Origin: Aureliella sp.
Lineage (GTDB): Bacteria; Planctomycetota; Planctomycetia; Pirellulales; Pirellulaceae
Assembly: GCA_963691875.1 (NCBI GenBank)
Contig: OY829846.1
Coordinates: forward strand, 288,001-352,000
Direction of reading: 5' to 3'
DNA: 64,000 nucleotides
Shown one piece after another: positions 20,544 to 29,387 of the stretch. Position numbers and translations under genes: made by a program. A model generated the notes under the pieces. It had not been told where the DNA came from, ran no database searches, and saw only the letters and a list, made by a program, of their open reading frames with translations. Every line of letters starts with the position of its first letter. The first letter of the stretch is position 1.

Positions 20544-21130
20544 TGGATTTGTTCAGATTGCTCACAGCTTAGGTGAATCTGAGAGAGAGTTTGCTAGGTG
20601 CTGAGTTTGAGCAGACGCAGTTTAGTTGTGCCTTCGTGAGCTCTCATTCTAAGTAACATTCCGTGTGTTGTTTGAGAGTTGTCTGCGAGATGGTAGCAGG
20701 ATCGTAGGCAGAAAGTTCTCGCGGTTTTCTACTCACCAAAGGTAAGCACGGCCAATCGGGCAGGCAGACTATTGAGGTAAGAGTGGATGGAAAGCTCGAG
20801 TTGTCGGCGTACTAAGGTCCGCCCAAAATCAAAGAGTTCAACGTCAAAGGGCAGAGTATCCGGGGTTCGGCAGAAAAGGTTCCGAGGCGACTAACGCAGG
20901 TCGCGATGCAAGGAACGTCTAGTGAGTGGGGAACCGTGGTTCATCTCGGACTTTGCCAGGGTGAATCACGTATGAAGGATGAAAGGCTTGTGGAATGATT
21001 AGCGGAATGGCTGGAAGCGGAGAAAGAGTCAAACGCGAGCACGAAACCGGCGCGTGCGGCTTGCGTTAAACGAAACCACGTTATGCATTGAGGAAGGGCA
21101 CGTTCAACAATGCGGCTTGTTTTGCTCTGG

Positions 21131-22567
21131 TTACAAAGTCAGACCGATGACTTCAGGAGTGGATTCGGTGGTTTCGACGGTACCGAAAAGAGTGTGGCTG
21201 CTGGCGTCGTGAACAAGTACGGGTAATATATTGCCAGCTTGTCGTTCGTTGCCTTCCCATACCACGATGCGATCGCAGTTGGTGCGGCCAGTCATCTGTC
21301 GAATCGGACCTTGCTCGTCGCGTTTGACGGACATCTTGCTCGGGCCTTCGACAAGTACTTCCACCTTGTTACCAAGGAACTTCAGGTTGTCTTCTTGGCT
21401 GATGGCGTTTTGCACAGCGAGCAATTCGTTGTTGCGGCGAAGCTTTACGTCTTCCGGCACATCGTCTTCGTATAGGTCTGCGCCACGAGTACCGGGACGA
21501 ACCGAGTACTTGAAAATGAAGCTGTTCTTGAATCGGCAGCGCTCGACCAGTTTTACTGTCTGCTGGAAGTCATCCTCGGTCTCTCCGCAAAAACCAACGA
21601 TGAAATCGCTGGAAACCGATGCATCTGGAACGGTGTCGTAAATGCGGTCAATCATCTCCAAGTAGTCGGTGACAGTGTATCCACGCTTCATGCGTTTGAG
21701 TACTGCATCGGAACCGCTTTGTGCAGGAGCATTCAAGTAGGTCGAACACTTAGGAAGATCGCGAACGGTTTGCAGTAAACGAGGTGTCATATCCTTCGGA
21801 TAGCTTGTGACGAATTTGAGGCGTTCGATGCCGTCAATATCGTGGACCATCTCCAATAGATCTGCCAAACGTGTGGTCGTTTCGCCGTCGACGTACTTGT
21901 AGCTGTTGACGGTTTGGCCGAGGAATGTGATTTCCTTGCAGCCTTGCTCGGCGAGCTTCTGTGCTTCGGCAAAAATGACTCCAGGTGAACGACCTTGCTC
22001 TGGGCCTCGAGTCATTGGCACAATGCAATAAGTGCAGAATTTGTCGCAGCCGATCTGAATTCGCAGATAAGCTTGAAACGGCGTCGGGCGCATCGTCGGG
22101 TCACGAAGCGGATCGAAGGTTTCGTGGCTCCGGCGGATGTTTTCTTGCGAGCCATCTTTGCGCCCCAAGCTCACTGCCATTTGTCGGCCGTCGCCGTTGG
22201 CAACGCTGTCAAGTAATTCTGGAATTCGCTGCAGCTGTCCAGGACCGACTACGAGGTCGACGTAGGGGGCTCGGTCAAAGACGATCTTTTGATCCTTTTG
22301 AGCCATGCAGCCCATTACTCCGACGATGCGTTCTGGGTGCTCCATCTTCATTTTTTTGAGCTTGGCCAGATTGTTGTAGACCTTCTCTTCTGCATTCTCA
22401 CGCACGCTGCAGGTGTTGAAGAGGATCGTATCGGCTTCATCAGCGCAACCGGCCAGTTCATAGCCGTGTTTTCGCAAGTCTGCGACCACCATTTCGCTGT
22501 CCAGGACATTCATCTGGCAGCCCACGGTCTCGATGTACAGCTTCTTCAGTGTTTGAGTATCAGTCAT
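21131..22567 (-). CDS. miaB: tRNA-2-methylthio-N6-dimethylallyladenosine synthase
   Basis: TVGCQMNVLDSE, NTCSVRENAE, GCMAQ, radical-SAM CDKFCTYC, SDFIVGFCGETE, C-terminal TRAM domain. Confidence 0.97.
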   Translation of the reverse strand: MTDTQTLKKLYIETVGCQMNVLDSEMVVADLRKHGYELAGCADEADTILFNTCSVRENAEEKVYNNLAKLKKMKMEHPERIVGVMGCMAQKDQKIVFDRAPYVDLVVGPGQLQRIPELLDSVANGDGRQMAVSLGRKDGSQENIRRSHETFDPLRDPTMRPTPFQAYLRIQIGCDKFCTYCIVPMTRGPEQGRSPGVIFAEAQKLAEQGCKEITFLGQTVNSYKYVDGETTTRLADLLEMVHDIDGIERLKFVTSYPKDMTPRLLQTVRDLPKCSTYLNAPAQSGSDAVLKRMKRGYTVTDYLEMIDRIYDTVPDASVSSDFIVGFCGETEDDFQQTVKLVERCRFKNSFIFKYSVRPGTRGADLYEDDVPEDVKLRRNNELLAVQNAISQEDNLKFLGNKVEVLVEGPSKMSVKRDEQGPIRQMTGRTNCDRIVVWEGNERQAGNILPVLVHDASSHTLFGTVETTESTPEVIGLTL

Positions 22568-22986
22568 GTGCCGTCGTGGAGTTGGATGAAAGCGTGGCCC
22601 CGTCAGCGGCTTGCAATCGGAAAAATGGCTTTAATGCCGACAGTTTAGCTGGCACAAAACGGACAAGGGAAGCGCAAATGGCTCTTTGAGCAATCACTTT
22701 GCGTGTTTGGAGCGATGGCTTTGCCCGTGTGAATTGGTCCGCCTGCTCGCCGGATTCTAGAAGGAATGAGGTCTGATTCTGTCCTCCAAAGCGATCTCAC
22801 GTGTGGCAGTAAACGTAAGGATTGCCCGTTGTCCTGGGCCGTTTTAGTCGAAAAGCCTTTGATAATTGGATGGTTCGGCACATACCCCAAGGGCTGCGAT
22901 CCGTTCCGCAAAGTCGGCTTAGGGAGCGGAGTTCTGCCTGTATTGGGTGGAAAAGTAGTGGAAAGTCCAGTTTGCGGCTGCCGGAT

Positions 22987-23015
22987 TTGGCTAGCCGAAT
23001 TATCAAAGATACAAT
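22987..23015 (+). promoter_or_regulatory. Putative sigma-70 promoter for the structured RNA/hpf operon
   Basis: TTGGCT-N17-TACAAT. A GCCGATAA (sigma-28-like -10) also lies at 23041-23048 but has no good -35. Confidence 0.45.
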
Positions 23016-23064
23016 ATGCTGCCGAATGACAGCTTTTCGGGCCGATAAAAACGGTGTCAGGCAC

Positions 23065-23245
23065 CTGGGCAGCCGCCAGCGGGTTACAGGGGATGAGAGC
23101 GGGACAGAAACTTGCTCCAAAGCATCATCTTTCCGTTCGGCGATTCGTAGCGCAGCGTCGTCGCCTGAACGGAGAGTGACGTCATTTGCCCAATTTGGGA
23201 AACCCAACATAGGCGGTAATCCGTGACCCTAGGGTGGATGCCTAG
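23065..23245 (+). ncRNA. Candidate structured ncRNA (181 nt, 6S-RNA-sized) upstream of hpf
   Basis: Manual pairing gives a closing stem 23065-23094/23219-23245 (ctgggca/tgcctag, ccgcc/ggtgg, gggttac/gtgaccc, ggat/atcc) enclosing hairpins at 23097-23117, 23125-23179 and 23186-23216. Confidence 0.55.
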
Positions 23246-23320
23246 TAGAGAAGTCCCGTTTGCACTCGACTTCCTTGGTCCAGCCCGCCAACTTCGATAC
23301 GCACGCATGGAGTCGAATAG

Positions 23321-23665
23321 GTGCAAGTCAACGTTTCTGCTCGCCACGGTTCTCTGACGGCTCTCGACCAACAGTTTATTCAGGAAAAGGCGGAAAAGGT
23401 CCGACGTCTCCTGGATCGGGTCAACGCGGTGGAAGTCACTGTCGACTTTCAGCACCAAGAGCAGCCGAGTGTTGAAATCAATGTTTCAGCAGAACATGCT
23501 CCAGAATTCGTGGCTTCAGCATCGGCTTCAAATGTCGTCAGTGCTTTGGACGCTGCTATCCAAAAAGTGGAAATGCAGCTGCGGAAGCACAAAGAAAAAA
23601 CAACTGATCACAAAGCTAGCGGGACCAAGCATCTTGAGCCCGTGGATGAACTGGAAGAAGAGTAA
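23321..23665 (+). CDS. hpf: Ribosome hibernation promoting factor / RaiA
   Basis: MQVNVSARH, beta-alpha-beta-beta-beta-alpha pattern, ALDAAIQKVEMQLRKHKEK. Classic position before PTS EIIA. Confidence 0.9.
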   Translation: MQVNVSARHGSLTALDQQFIQEKAEKVRRLLDRVNAVEVTVDFQHQEQPSVEINVSAEHAPEFVASASASNVVSALDAAIQKVEMQLRKHKEKTTDHKASGTKHLEPVDELEEE

Positions 23666-23733
23666 GCCGCTAAGCGTCTTGACACTCTGCCCCAAAGGTG
23701 AATCCAAACTCGCATGAATTCAAAGGAAACCAA

Positions 23734-24210
23734 ATGAAGTTTTCGGATTTCGTAAGCACAAAATCAATCTGTGCTTCACTCCAATCGCATGACAAAGAAT
23801 CTGTCATCACTGAACTAGTTGATTCGCTGTTGAATGCTGGCGACATTAAAGCTGGCGACCGTGAAGACATTATAAAAGCCATCCTGAAACGCGAAGAGCT
23901 GGGCAGCACCGGCATCGGGCGTGGAATCGCAGTTCCGCATACGAAGCACCCGAGCGTTGACAAATTGGTCGGTACTGTTGGCGTTAGTGTCGACGGCCTT
24001 GACTTTGACAGTTTGGACGGTGAAAAAGTTCAACTTTTCTTCCTCCTGGTTTCTCCTCCCGATCGCCCAGGCGATCACCTCCGCGCACTCGAGAATATCT
24101 CCCGCCAATTGCGTGACGATACCTTCTGCCGTTTCTTGAAACAAAGCAAGAACACGGAAGACATCATGCAATTGCTGGAAGAAGCAGATAACAATCAATT
24201 CGTTTCTTAG
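23734..24210 (+). CDS. ptsN: PTS EIIA (Ntr/fructose-type)
   Basis: ILKREELGSTGIGRGIAVPH (phospho-His), FDSLDGEKV, HLRALENISR. SD AAAGGA before ATG 23734. Confidence 0.9.
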   Translation: MKFSDFVSTKSICASLQSHDKESVITELVDSLLNAGDIKAGDREDIIKAILKREELGSTGIGRGIAVPHTKHPSVDKLVGTVGVSVDGLDFDSLDGEKVQLFFLLVSPPDRPGDHLRALENISRQLRDDTFCRFLKQSKNTEDIMQLLEEADNNQFVS

Positions 24211-24431
24211 GTAGGGGCATGATTCGCTTCCGACTAAGAGACGCGATCTGCTGGTGCAACACTTTGATGTGGTCTCAGCTTTCACGCGGTTTTAGTCCTA
24301 AGCAGCCTTTTGTTTTTGAGACGTAGACTGAGTTCTTTTCAAATTCCTTCGCTCACTTGTGAATGCTCGGTTTTCAATTTTCGGAAGCCGGGTGTCTGCA
24401 TCAAACCTCAATCGATGGAAAGTGCTACTGA

Positions 24432-24734
24432 GTGTCCAGTACTGTGGAGAAGGCGGTGACCGTGGTGAACCCGATGGGTATCCATATGCGCCCCGCCGAT
24501 TTGCTCTCTCGGGCCGCTGGACAGTTTCAAGCTTCCATTGAACTTGAGAAAGATGGCCAGACGATCGACTGCAAGAGCATCATGAGCATCCTGACGTTGG
24601 GCGCTCGTCAAGGCTCGGAGTTGCAGATCAAGGCAGTGGGTGAAGACGCACAGATGGCTGTGCAAGCTTTGTCAGAGCTGTTCGAAAATGGATTCAATGA
24701 ATCTGACTCAGAAGTCCCTGACACTAAGCCTTAG
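24432..24734 (+). CDS. ptsH: Phosphocarrier protein HPr
   Basis: VVNPMGIHMRPA (His15), KSIMSILTLGA (Ser46), GEDA. Confidence 0.93.
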   Translation: MSSTVEKAVTVVNPMGIHMRPADLLSRAAGQFQASIELEKDGQTIDCKSIMSILTLGARQGSELQIKAVGEDAQMAVQALSELFENGFNESDSEVPDTKP

Positions 24735-24795
24735 GCTCGGGGCGGGCGGAAGCCCTTTTGGAATAACGATACAACTAGTTGCTATTGAAGCAGCG

Positions 24796-25071
24796 TGTCG
24801 GTCAGCAAACTCATTCTATGCCTAACTTAGTAGGAAGAATTGCTCGTTGAGATGGCGGGCGAGTTTGCCTGGTAGACAACAGAAAATACACACCAAACAA
24901 CGAAGTCACTTGACTGTGCGTAGGGAACTCCTTTCATTGACTAGCACGCCAGCTGAAGCGGGGATGGAACTCACAACTGTGGGAATTCATTCTTCTACGC
25001 GATCATCTTGTTGCTGCAATGAATCCTTGGCGTCTAGCGCGCCACTGTGGAGCACGACAGTCCAAGTCTTC
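24796..25071 (+). other. Highly structured ptsH-ptsI intergenic RNA region (two domains)
   Basis: Domain 1 (24796-24878): gcaaactc/gagtttgc stem with two inner hairpins. A/C-rich linker. Domain 2 (24902-25071): gaag/cttc, acttg/caagt, actgt/acagt, gcgtag/ctacgc. Confidence 0.4.
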
Positions 25072-25082
25072 ACCTCACTTTC

Positions 25083-26849
25083 ATGCTTGAACTGCAAGGC
25101 ATTGCGGTCTCACCAGGAGTTGCGATTGGCAAGGCATTGATTCTGGACCGTGAAGGTTACCGAATCACTAGAACGCGAATTGACTCTAACGACCGCGAAA
25201 ACGAAAAGCAAAGACTTCTCAAGGCAATTGAGGAGGCTTCTGAACGTCTCGCTGAAGATGCGCGCCTTGCACAGGCTCCTGCTGGATTGTCATCAGACGC
25301 TGTAAGCCAAGATATTGGTGCGATTTTCTCCGCACATCAACAGCTTTTGCTAGATCCCATGCTGCGTTCGGAATGGCTTCGCGATATCGATAGCCATTGT
25401 GTCAGCGCTGAGTACGCTGTATCGGCTGTGCTAAGTCGTTATGCCCAAGCGTTTCGAACGATGGGTTCGGAAACGATGCGCGAGCGAGTGAAGGACATTC
25501 GCGATGTCGAGTGCACTTTGCTGGAAGCTCTCGGCGGGGCTCCCAAGCAAGTCACAGGTGGCGATGAGCACTCGATCATCTTGAGTCATGATCTGACGCC
25601 ACGTGAAACGGCGAAACTTGATCCTCAACGCATTCTCGGTTTCTGCACGGAAGTTGGCGGGCCGAGCAGTCACACCGCAATCGTGGCTCGAGGACTAGAG
25701 ATTCCGGCGGTTGTTGGCGCTGGCCATTTTCTGCATCGCATCGATCGAAACTCTGACATCATCATTGACGGCTACCGAGGACGCGTGCTGGTCGGGCCTG
25801 ATGAAGATACCCTGCGATCGTATCGAGCGAGAATAGAGGCTCGGGATTCACGGGTGAAACAGCTGAGCGAGATTCGTGACTTGCCAGCGGAGACGCAATG
25901 CGGCAACCGGATCAAGCTGTTGGCGAACATAGAGTTTCCTCATGAAGTTGGCGCCTGTCTCGCTCGAGGAGCTGAAGGTGTTGGGCTTTATCGGACTGAG
26001 TTCCTTTACTTGGGTGCCGAAGAAGAGCCCTCTGAAGACGATCAATACCAAGCCTATCGCCAGGTGGTTCAGAACTTGGGCGGAAAGCCCGTTATTATGC
26101 GAACCCTTGACTTGGGTGCGGACAAAGCGACTTCTGTTTCCGATGCTGATCCAGAGAATAACCCATTTCTAGGACTCCGAAGCATTCGGTTGTCCTTGCG
26201 GCAGCCGAAGATGTTTCGCACGCAATTGAGTGCGATGTTGAGAGCAGCGCAGCTCGGCCCGCTCAAGATTATGTTCCCAATGATATCGACGCTCCACGAA
26301 TTGCGGACGGCACGATTGGTCCTGCGGCAAGTGGTGGATGACTTGAAGGAGGAAGGCCATGAAATTTCTGAAGTGATCGAAGTGGGTATGATGGTCGAAG
26401 TACCAGCTGCCGTGATGATGCTGGACCACTTCCTGGACGAAGTTGACTTTATCAGCATCGGGACAAACGATTTGATTCAATACACCATGGCCGTCGATCG
26501 TGGGAACGAGAATGTTGCGGATTTGTATGCCGGGCATGATCCCGCTGTGTTGCGACTATTGCGAAGTGCAGTCAACAAAGCGAATGCGGCTGGACGAGAG
26601 GTGAGCGTGTGTGGTGAGATGAGTTCGACGCCGATCACGGCGCTGACCTTGGTGGGGCTTGGTGTGCGTGCTTTGTCCGCGCCGCCGGCAGCATTGCCGC
26701 AAGTAAAGCAGGCGATTCGCAGCGTGACCATTGAGCAGTGCGAGCATCTGGCCGAGCGTGCTTTTGATTTTGATACTGCACGTGAAGTGGATGCATTCTT
26801 GCAGAGTCGCTTTGCGGAGTTAGTGCCTGAGATGTCATTGGGAGAGTGA
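25083..26849 (+). CDS. ptsI: Phosphoenolpyruvate-protein phosphotransferase (PTS enzyme I)
   Basis: LQGIAVSPGVAIG, GGPSSHTAI (phospho-His), GVGLYRTEFLY, RTLDLGADK, ENNPFLGLRSIR, SIGTNDL, VCGEM. No N-terminal GAF domain. ATG at 25083. Confidence 0.95.
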   Translation: MLELQGIAVSPGVAIGKALILDREGYRITRTRIDSNDRENEKQRLLKAIEEASERLAEDARLAQAPAGLSSDAVSQDIGAIFSAHQQLLLDPMLRSEWLRDIDSHCVSAEYAVSAVLSRYAQAFRTMGSETMRERVKDIRDVECTLLEALGGAPKQVTGGDEHSIILSHDLTPRETAKLDPQRILGFCTEVGGPSSHTAIVARGLEIPAVVGAGHFLHRIDRNSDIIIDGYRGRVLVGPDEDTLRSYRARIEARDSRVKQLSEIRDLPAETQCGNRIKLLANIEFPHEVGACLARGAEGVGLYRTEFLYLGAEEEPSEDDQYQAYRQVVQNLGGKPVIMRTLDLGADKATSVSDADPENNPFLGLRSIRLSLRQPKMFRTQLSAMLRAAQLGPLKIMFPMISTLHELRTARLVLRQVVDDLKEEGHEISEVIEVGMMVEVPAAVMMLDHFLDEVDFISIGTNDLIQYTMAVDRGNENVADLYAGHDPAVLRLLRSAVNKANAAGREVSVCGEMSSTPITALTLVGLGVRALSAPPAALPQVKQAIRSVTIEQCEHLAERAFDFDTAREVDAFLQSRFAELVPEMSLGE

Positions 26850-26852
26850 GTT

Positions 26853-27494
26853 GTGGATAAAACACGTTTACGCATTCGGTTTTCGAAACAAGGCGACTTG
26901 CGGTGGATCAGCCACCGTGACTTGGCTCGGGTGTGGGAACGTTTACTGCGTCGAGCCAATTTGGAGATGGCTTTTTCAGAAGGCTTTCACCCCAAGCCGC
27001 GAATTAGTTTCCCTTCGGCTCTCGCACTCGGTGTGGAAGCTCTGGATGAGATCGTTGAGCTTGAAGTGGTTGGGCAAGTTGCCCTGGAGGAAATAGAGGA
27101 AGACATTAGGCGAGAAATGCCTGAGGGCATGGAGTTGCTGGAATTGACGTCACCCGAGTACGGGTTGGGCAAAGCGAAGATGCTGTCGGCAGCGTATCGA
27201 ATTCCCGTCGATACTGAGCGTCACGTAGCTGTGGAAGAAGCCATCATTGCATTGCTTTCGCAGCCAGAGATTGTGGCACAGCGGGAGAAGAAAGAATTTC
27301 GGTTGCCTACCGATGCAGAGTTCCTGGCGATGCAAATGAATGGTGAGCATTTTGAGTTCACGATACCACATGGCCAGCAAGGTTCACTGCGTCCGTCCGA
27401 ATTGCTTGAGGCGGTTGGGCTGGGCGACCTGTTGGAGTCGGGCATTGTGTTGCAACGCATCGGTTTGCAACTGATGGAACCGGCAAAGAAATAG
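26853..27494 (+). CDS. TIGR03936 / DUF2344 radical-SAM-associated protein
   Basis: RIRFSKQGDLRWISHRDL, FSEGFHPKPRISF.ALALG.E signature. Usual position upstream of rne/rng. Confidence 0.88.
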   Translation: MDKTRLRIRFSKQGDLRWISHRDLARVWERLLRRANLEMAFSEGFHPKPRISFPSALALGVEALDEIVELEVVGQVALEEIEEDIRREMPEGMELLELTSPEYGLGKAKMLSAAYRIPVDTERHVAVEEAIIALLSQPEIVAQREKKEFRLPTDAEFLAMQMNGEHFEFTIPHGQQGSLRPSELLEAVGLGDLLESGIVLQRIGLQLMEPAKK

Positions 27495-27597
27495 GGCACA
27501 GAATACAAGCAGGATCTGTTCGATTGCTTTTGCAAGTCGGGGGTATCCTAAATCGCGAATAACTAAACCGGTCCAGATGCGATCGAGAGGAGTAATC

Positions 27598-29259
27598 ATG
27601 AAGAAGGAAATGCTGATCAACGTTTCTCAGCCTGAGGAATGTCGGATTGCCATTTTGGAAGACGGCGTGCTGGAAGAGCTATATACCGAACGCGCAAGTC
27701 AGAATAACTACGCGGGCAACATTTACAAAGGCAAGATTGTGAACCTGGAGCCCAGTATCCAGGCCGCTTTCGTTGACTTTGGTGTCGGCCGCAACGGCTT
27801 TCTGCATATTAGCGATGTTGAGCCCCAGTACTTCCGCCAAGCTGGTTATGATCCGGAAGAGATCATGGACGGCAATGTTCCGGGCGCCGACATCGACGAT
27901 GACGACGACAACGATCGAGACAACGGGCGGCCTCAGCGCCGTGGTCGCCGCAACATGCGAAGCACGCGACCACGCTTCAAGCCTCCAATCCAAGAGATCT
28001 TCAAACGCGGTGACGAAGTGCTCGTGCAAGTCATCAAGGAAGGCATTGGAACCAAGGGCCCTACTCTTTCGACGTACATTTCGATTCCAGGTCGCTACTT
28101 GGTGCTGATGCCGGCACTTGGGCGCGTTGGTGTGAGTCGCAAGATTGAAGACGAAAAGCAACGGCGGACACTGCGTCGAACTTTGCTTGACCTGAATCCA
28201 CCAGAGGGCGTTGGCTTTATCGTTCGCACGGCGGGTCAAGATCGAACACGCCGAGAACTTGCTCGCGACATGGCTTACTTGCTTCGTTTGTGGAAGGTTT
28301 TGGTCAAGCGGGTCAAGAAGACCTCAGGGCCAACCGACATCTACGAAGAGAGCGATATGATCATTCGTACGATTCGCGATATCTTCAGCGAGGATATTGA
28401 CACGATTTTGGTGGACGAAAAAGGAGCTTATGAGCGAGCCAAAGAGTTCTTGAAGTTCGTGATGCCAAAGTACGTTGATCGCCTGAAGTTTTACGATGGC
28501 CGCGAACCCTTGTTCCACAAGCACGACTTAGAACGCGAGATAGCCAACATTCAGCGTCGCACCGTGCCGCTAAAGGGTGGCGGATCGATTGTGATTGATC
28601 CGACCGAAGCGCTCGTTGCCATTGACGTGAACAGCGGTTCTTTCCGAACAGATGATTCGGCCGAGGAGACTGCGTTTCAGCTCAACATGGCTGCCGCTAA
28701 GGAGATTGCGCGTCAGCTTCGTCTGCGTGACCTGGGTGGCGTAATCGTCAATGACTTTATTGACATGCGACGAGAAGGTCATCGTCGAAAGGTCGAACGA
28801 TCACTTCGTGATGCGATGCGACGGGATCGAGCGCGAACCAAGATCCTGCGAACAAGTCCTTTCGGCCTGATCGAAATGACGCGGCAGCGTATTCGACCGA
28901 GTCTGAAACGCAGCGTGTACGAGGATTGCCCTTGCTGTTCGGGGCGCGCTGTGGTGAAAACGGCAGAGAGCATGTCGATCGAGGTTGTGCGAGTGTTAAT
29001 GATGGCGTGCCAGCATCCGAAGGCGAACCGCGTGACAATTCGTGTCAACGACAAGGTGGCTGCTTACCTAAACAATCGTAAGCGTCGTGATGTGATGCAG
29101 ATTGAAGAAGATAATAGCGTGACGATTCAAATTTTGGGGAGCGAAGCGTTATTCCCAGAACACTTTGAGTGCGATTGTCGCGACAGCGAAGGTAACTTGC
29201 TTACCTTGAAGTTCCTCGAGGCGGAGAAGACGCGCCCCGCGCCGTCCACCCGTCAGTAA
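27598..29259 (+). CDS. rne: Ribonuclease E/G family endoribonuclease
   Basis: S1 domain (GNIYKG, QAAFVDFG..RNGFLH), VQVIKEGIGTKG, TEALVAIDVNSG, ARQLRLRDLGG, DFIDM, Zn-link CPCC. SD GAGGAG before ATG 27598. Confidence 0.93.
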   Translation: MKKEMLINVSQPEECRIAILEDGVLEELYTERASQNNYAGNIYKGKIVNLEPSIQAAFVDFGVGRNGFLHISDVEPQYFRQAGYDPEEIMDGNVPGADIDDDDDNDRDNGRPQRRGRRNMRSTRPRFKPPIQEIFKRGDEVLVQVIKEGIGTKGPTLSTYISIPGRYLVLMPALGRVGVSRKIEDEKQRRTLRRTLLDLNPPEGVGFIVRTAGQDRTRRELARDMAYLLRLWKVLVKRVKKTSGPTDIYEESDMIIRTIRDIFSEDIDTILVDEKGAYERAKEFLKFVMPKYVDRLKFYDGREPLFHKHDLEREIANIQRRTVPLKGGGSIVIDPTEALVAIDVNSGSFRTDDSAEETAFQLNMAAAKEIARQLRLRDLGGVIVNDFIDMRREGHRRKVERSLRDAMRRDRARTKILRTSPFGLIEMTRQRIRPSLKRSVYEDCPCCSGRAVVKTAESMSIEVVRVLMMACQHPKANRVTIRVNDKVAAYLNNRKRRDVMQIEEDNSVTIQILGSEALFPEHFECDCRDSEGNLLTLKFLEAEKTRPAPSTRQ

Positions 29260-29266
29260 CTCGCCT

Positions 29267-29294
29267 GTAGTTGGATTCACTAAAATCCGACTAC
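29267..29294. repeat. GTAG...CTAC palindromic REP-like element after rne
   Basis: gtagttggatt-cactaa-aatccgactac, 8 nt after the rne stop. Confidence 0.55.
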
Positions 29295-29387
29295 ATCGCT
29301 TCAGAAAAATTCGAAATGAACTTTGTGGACCGCCAGGAAAGAAGAGTCCTGGCGAGTTCCGTCACGTTGACTTTGGACTAACGATCA

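Noticed and set aside
20544..21130. About 590-nt ORF-free gap between convergent genes
   Set aside because: Possibly a decayed gene, but I could not recognise a protein family or a convincing RNA structure.
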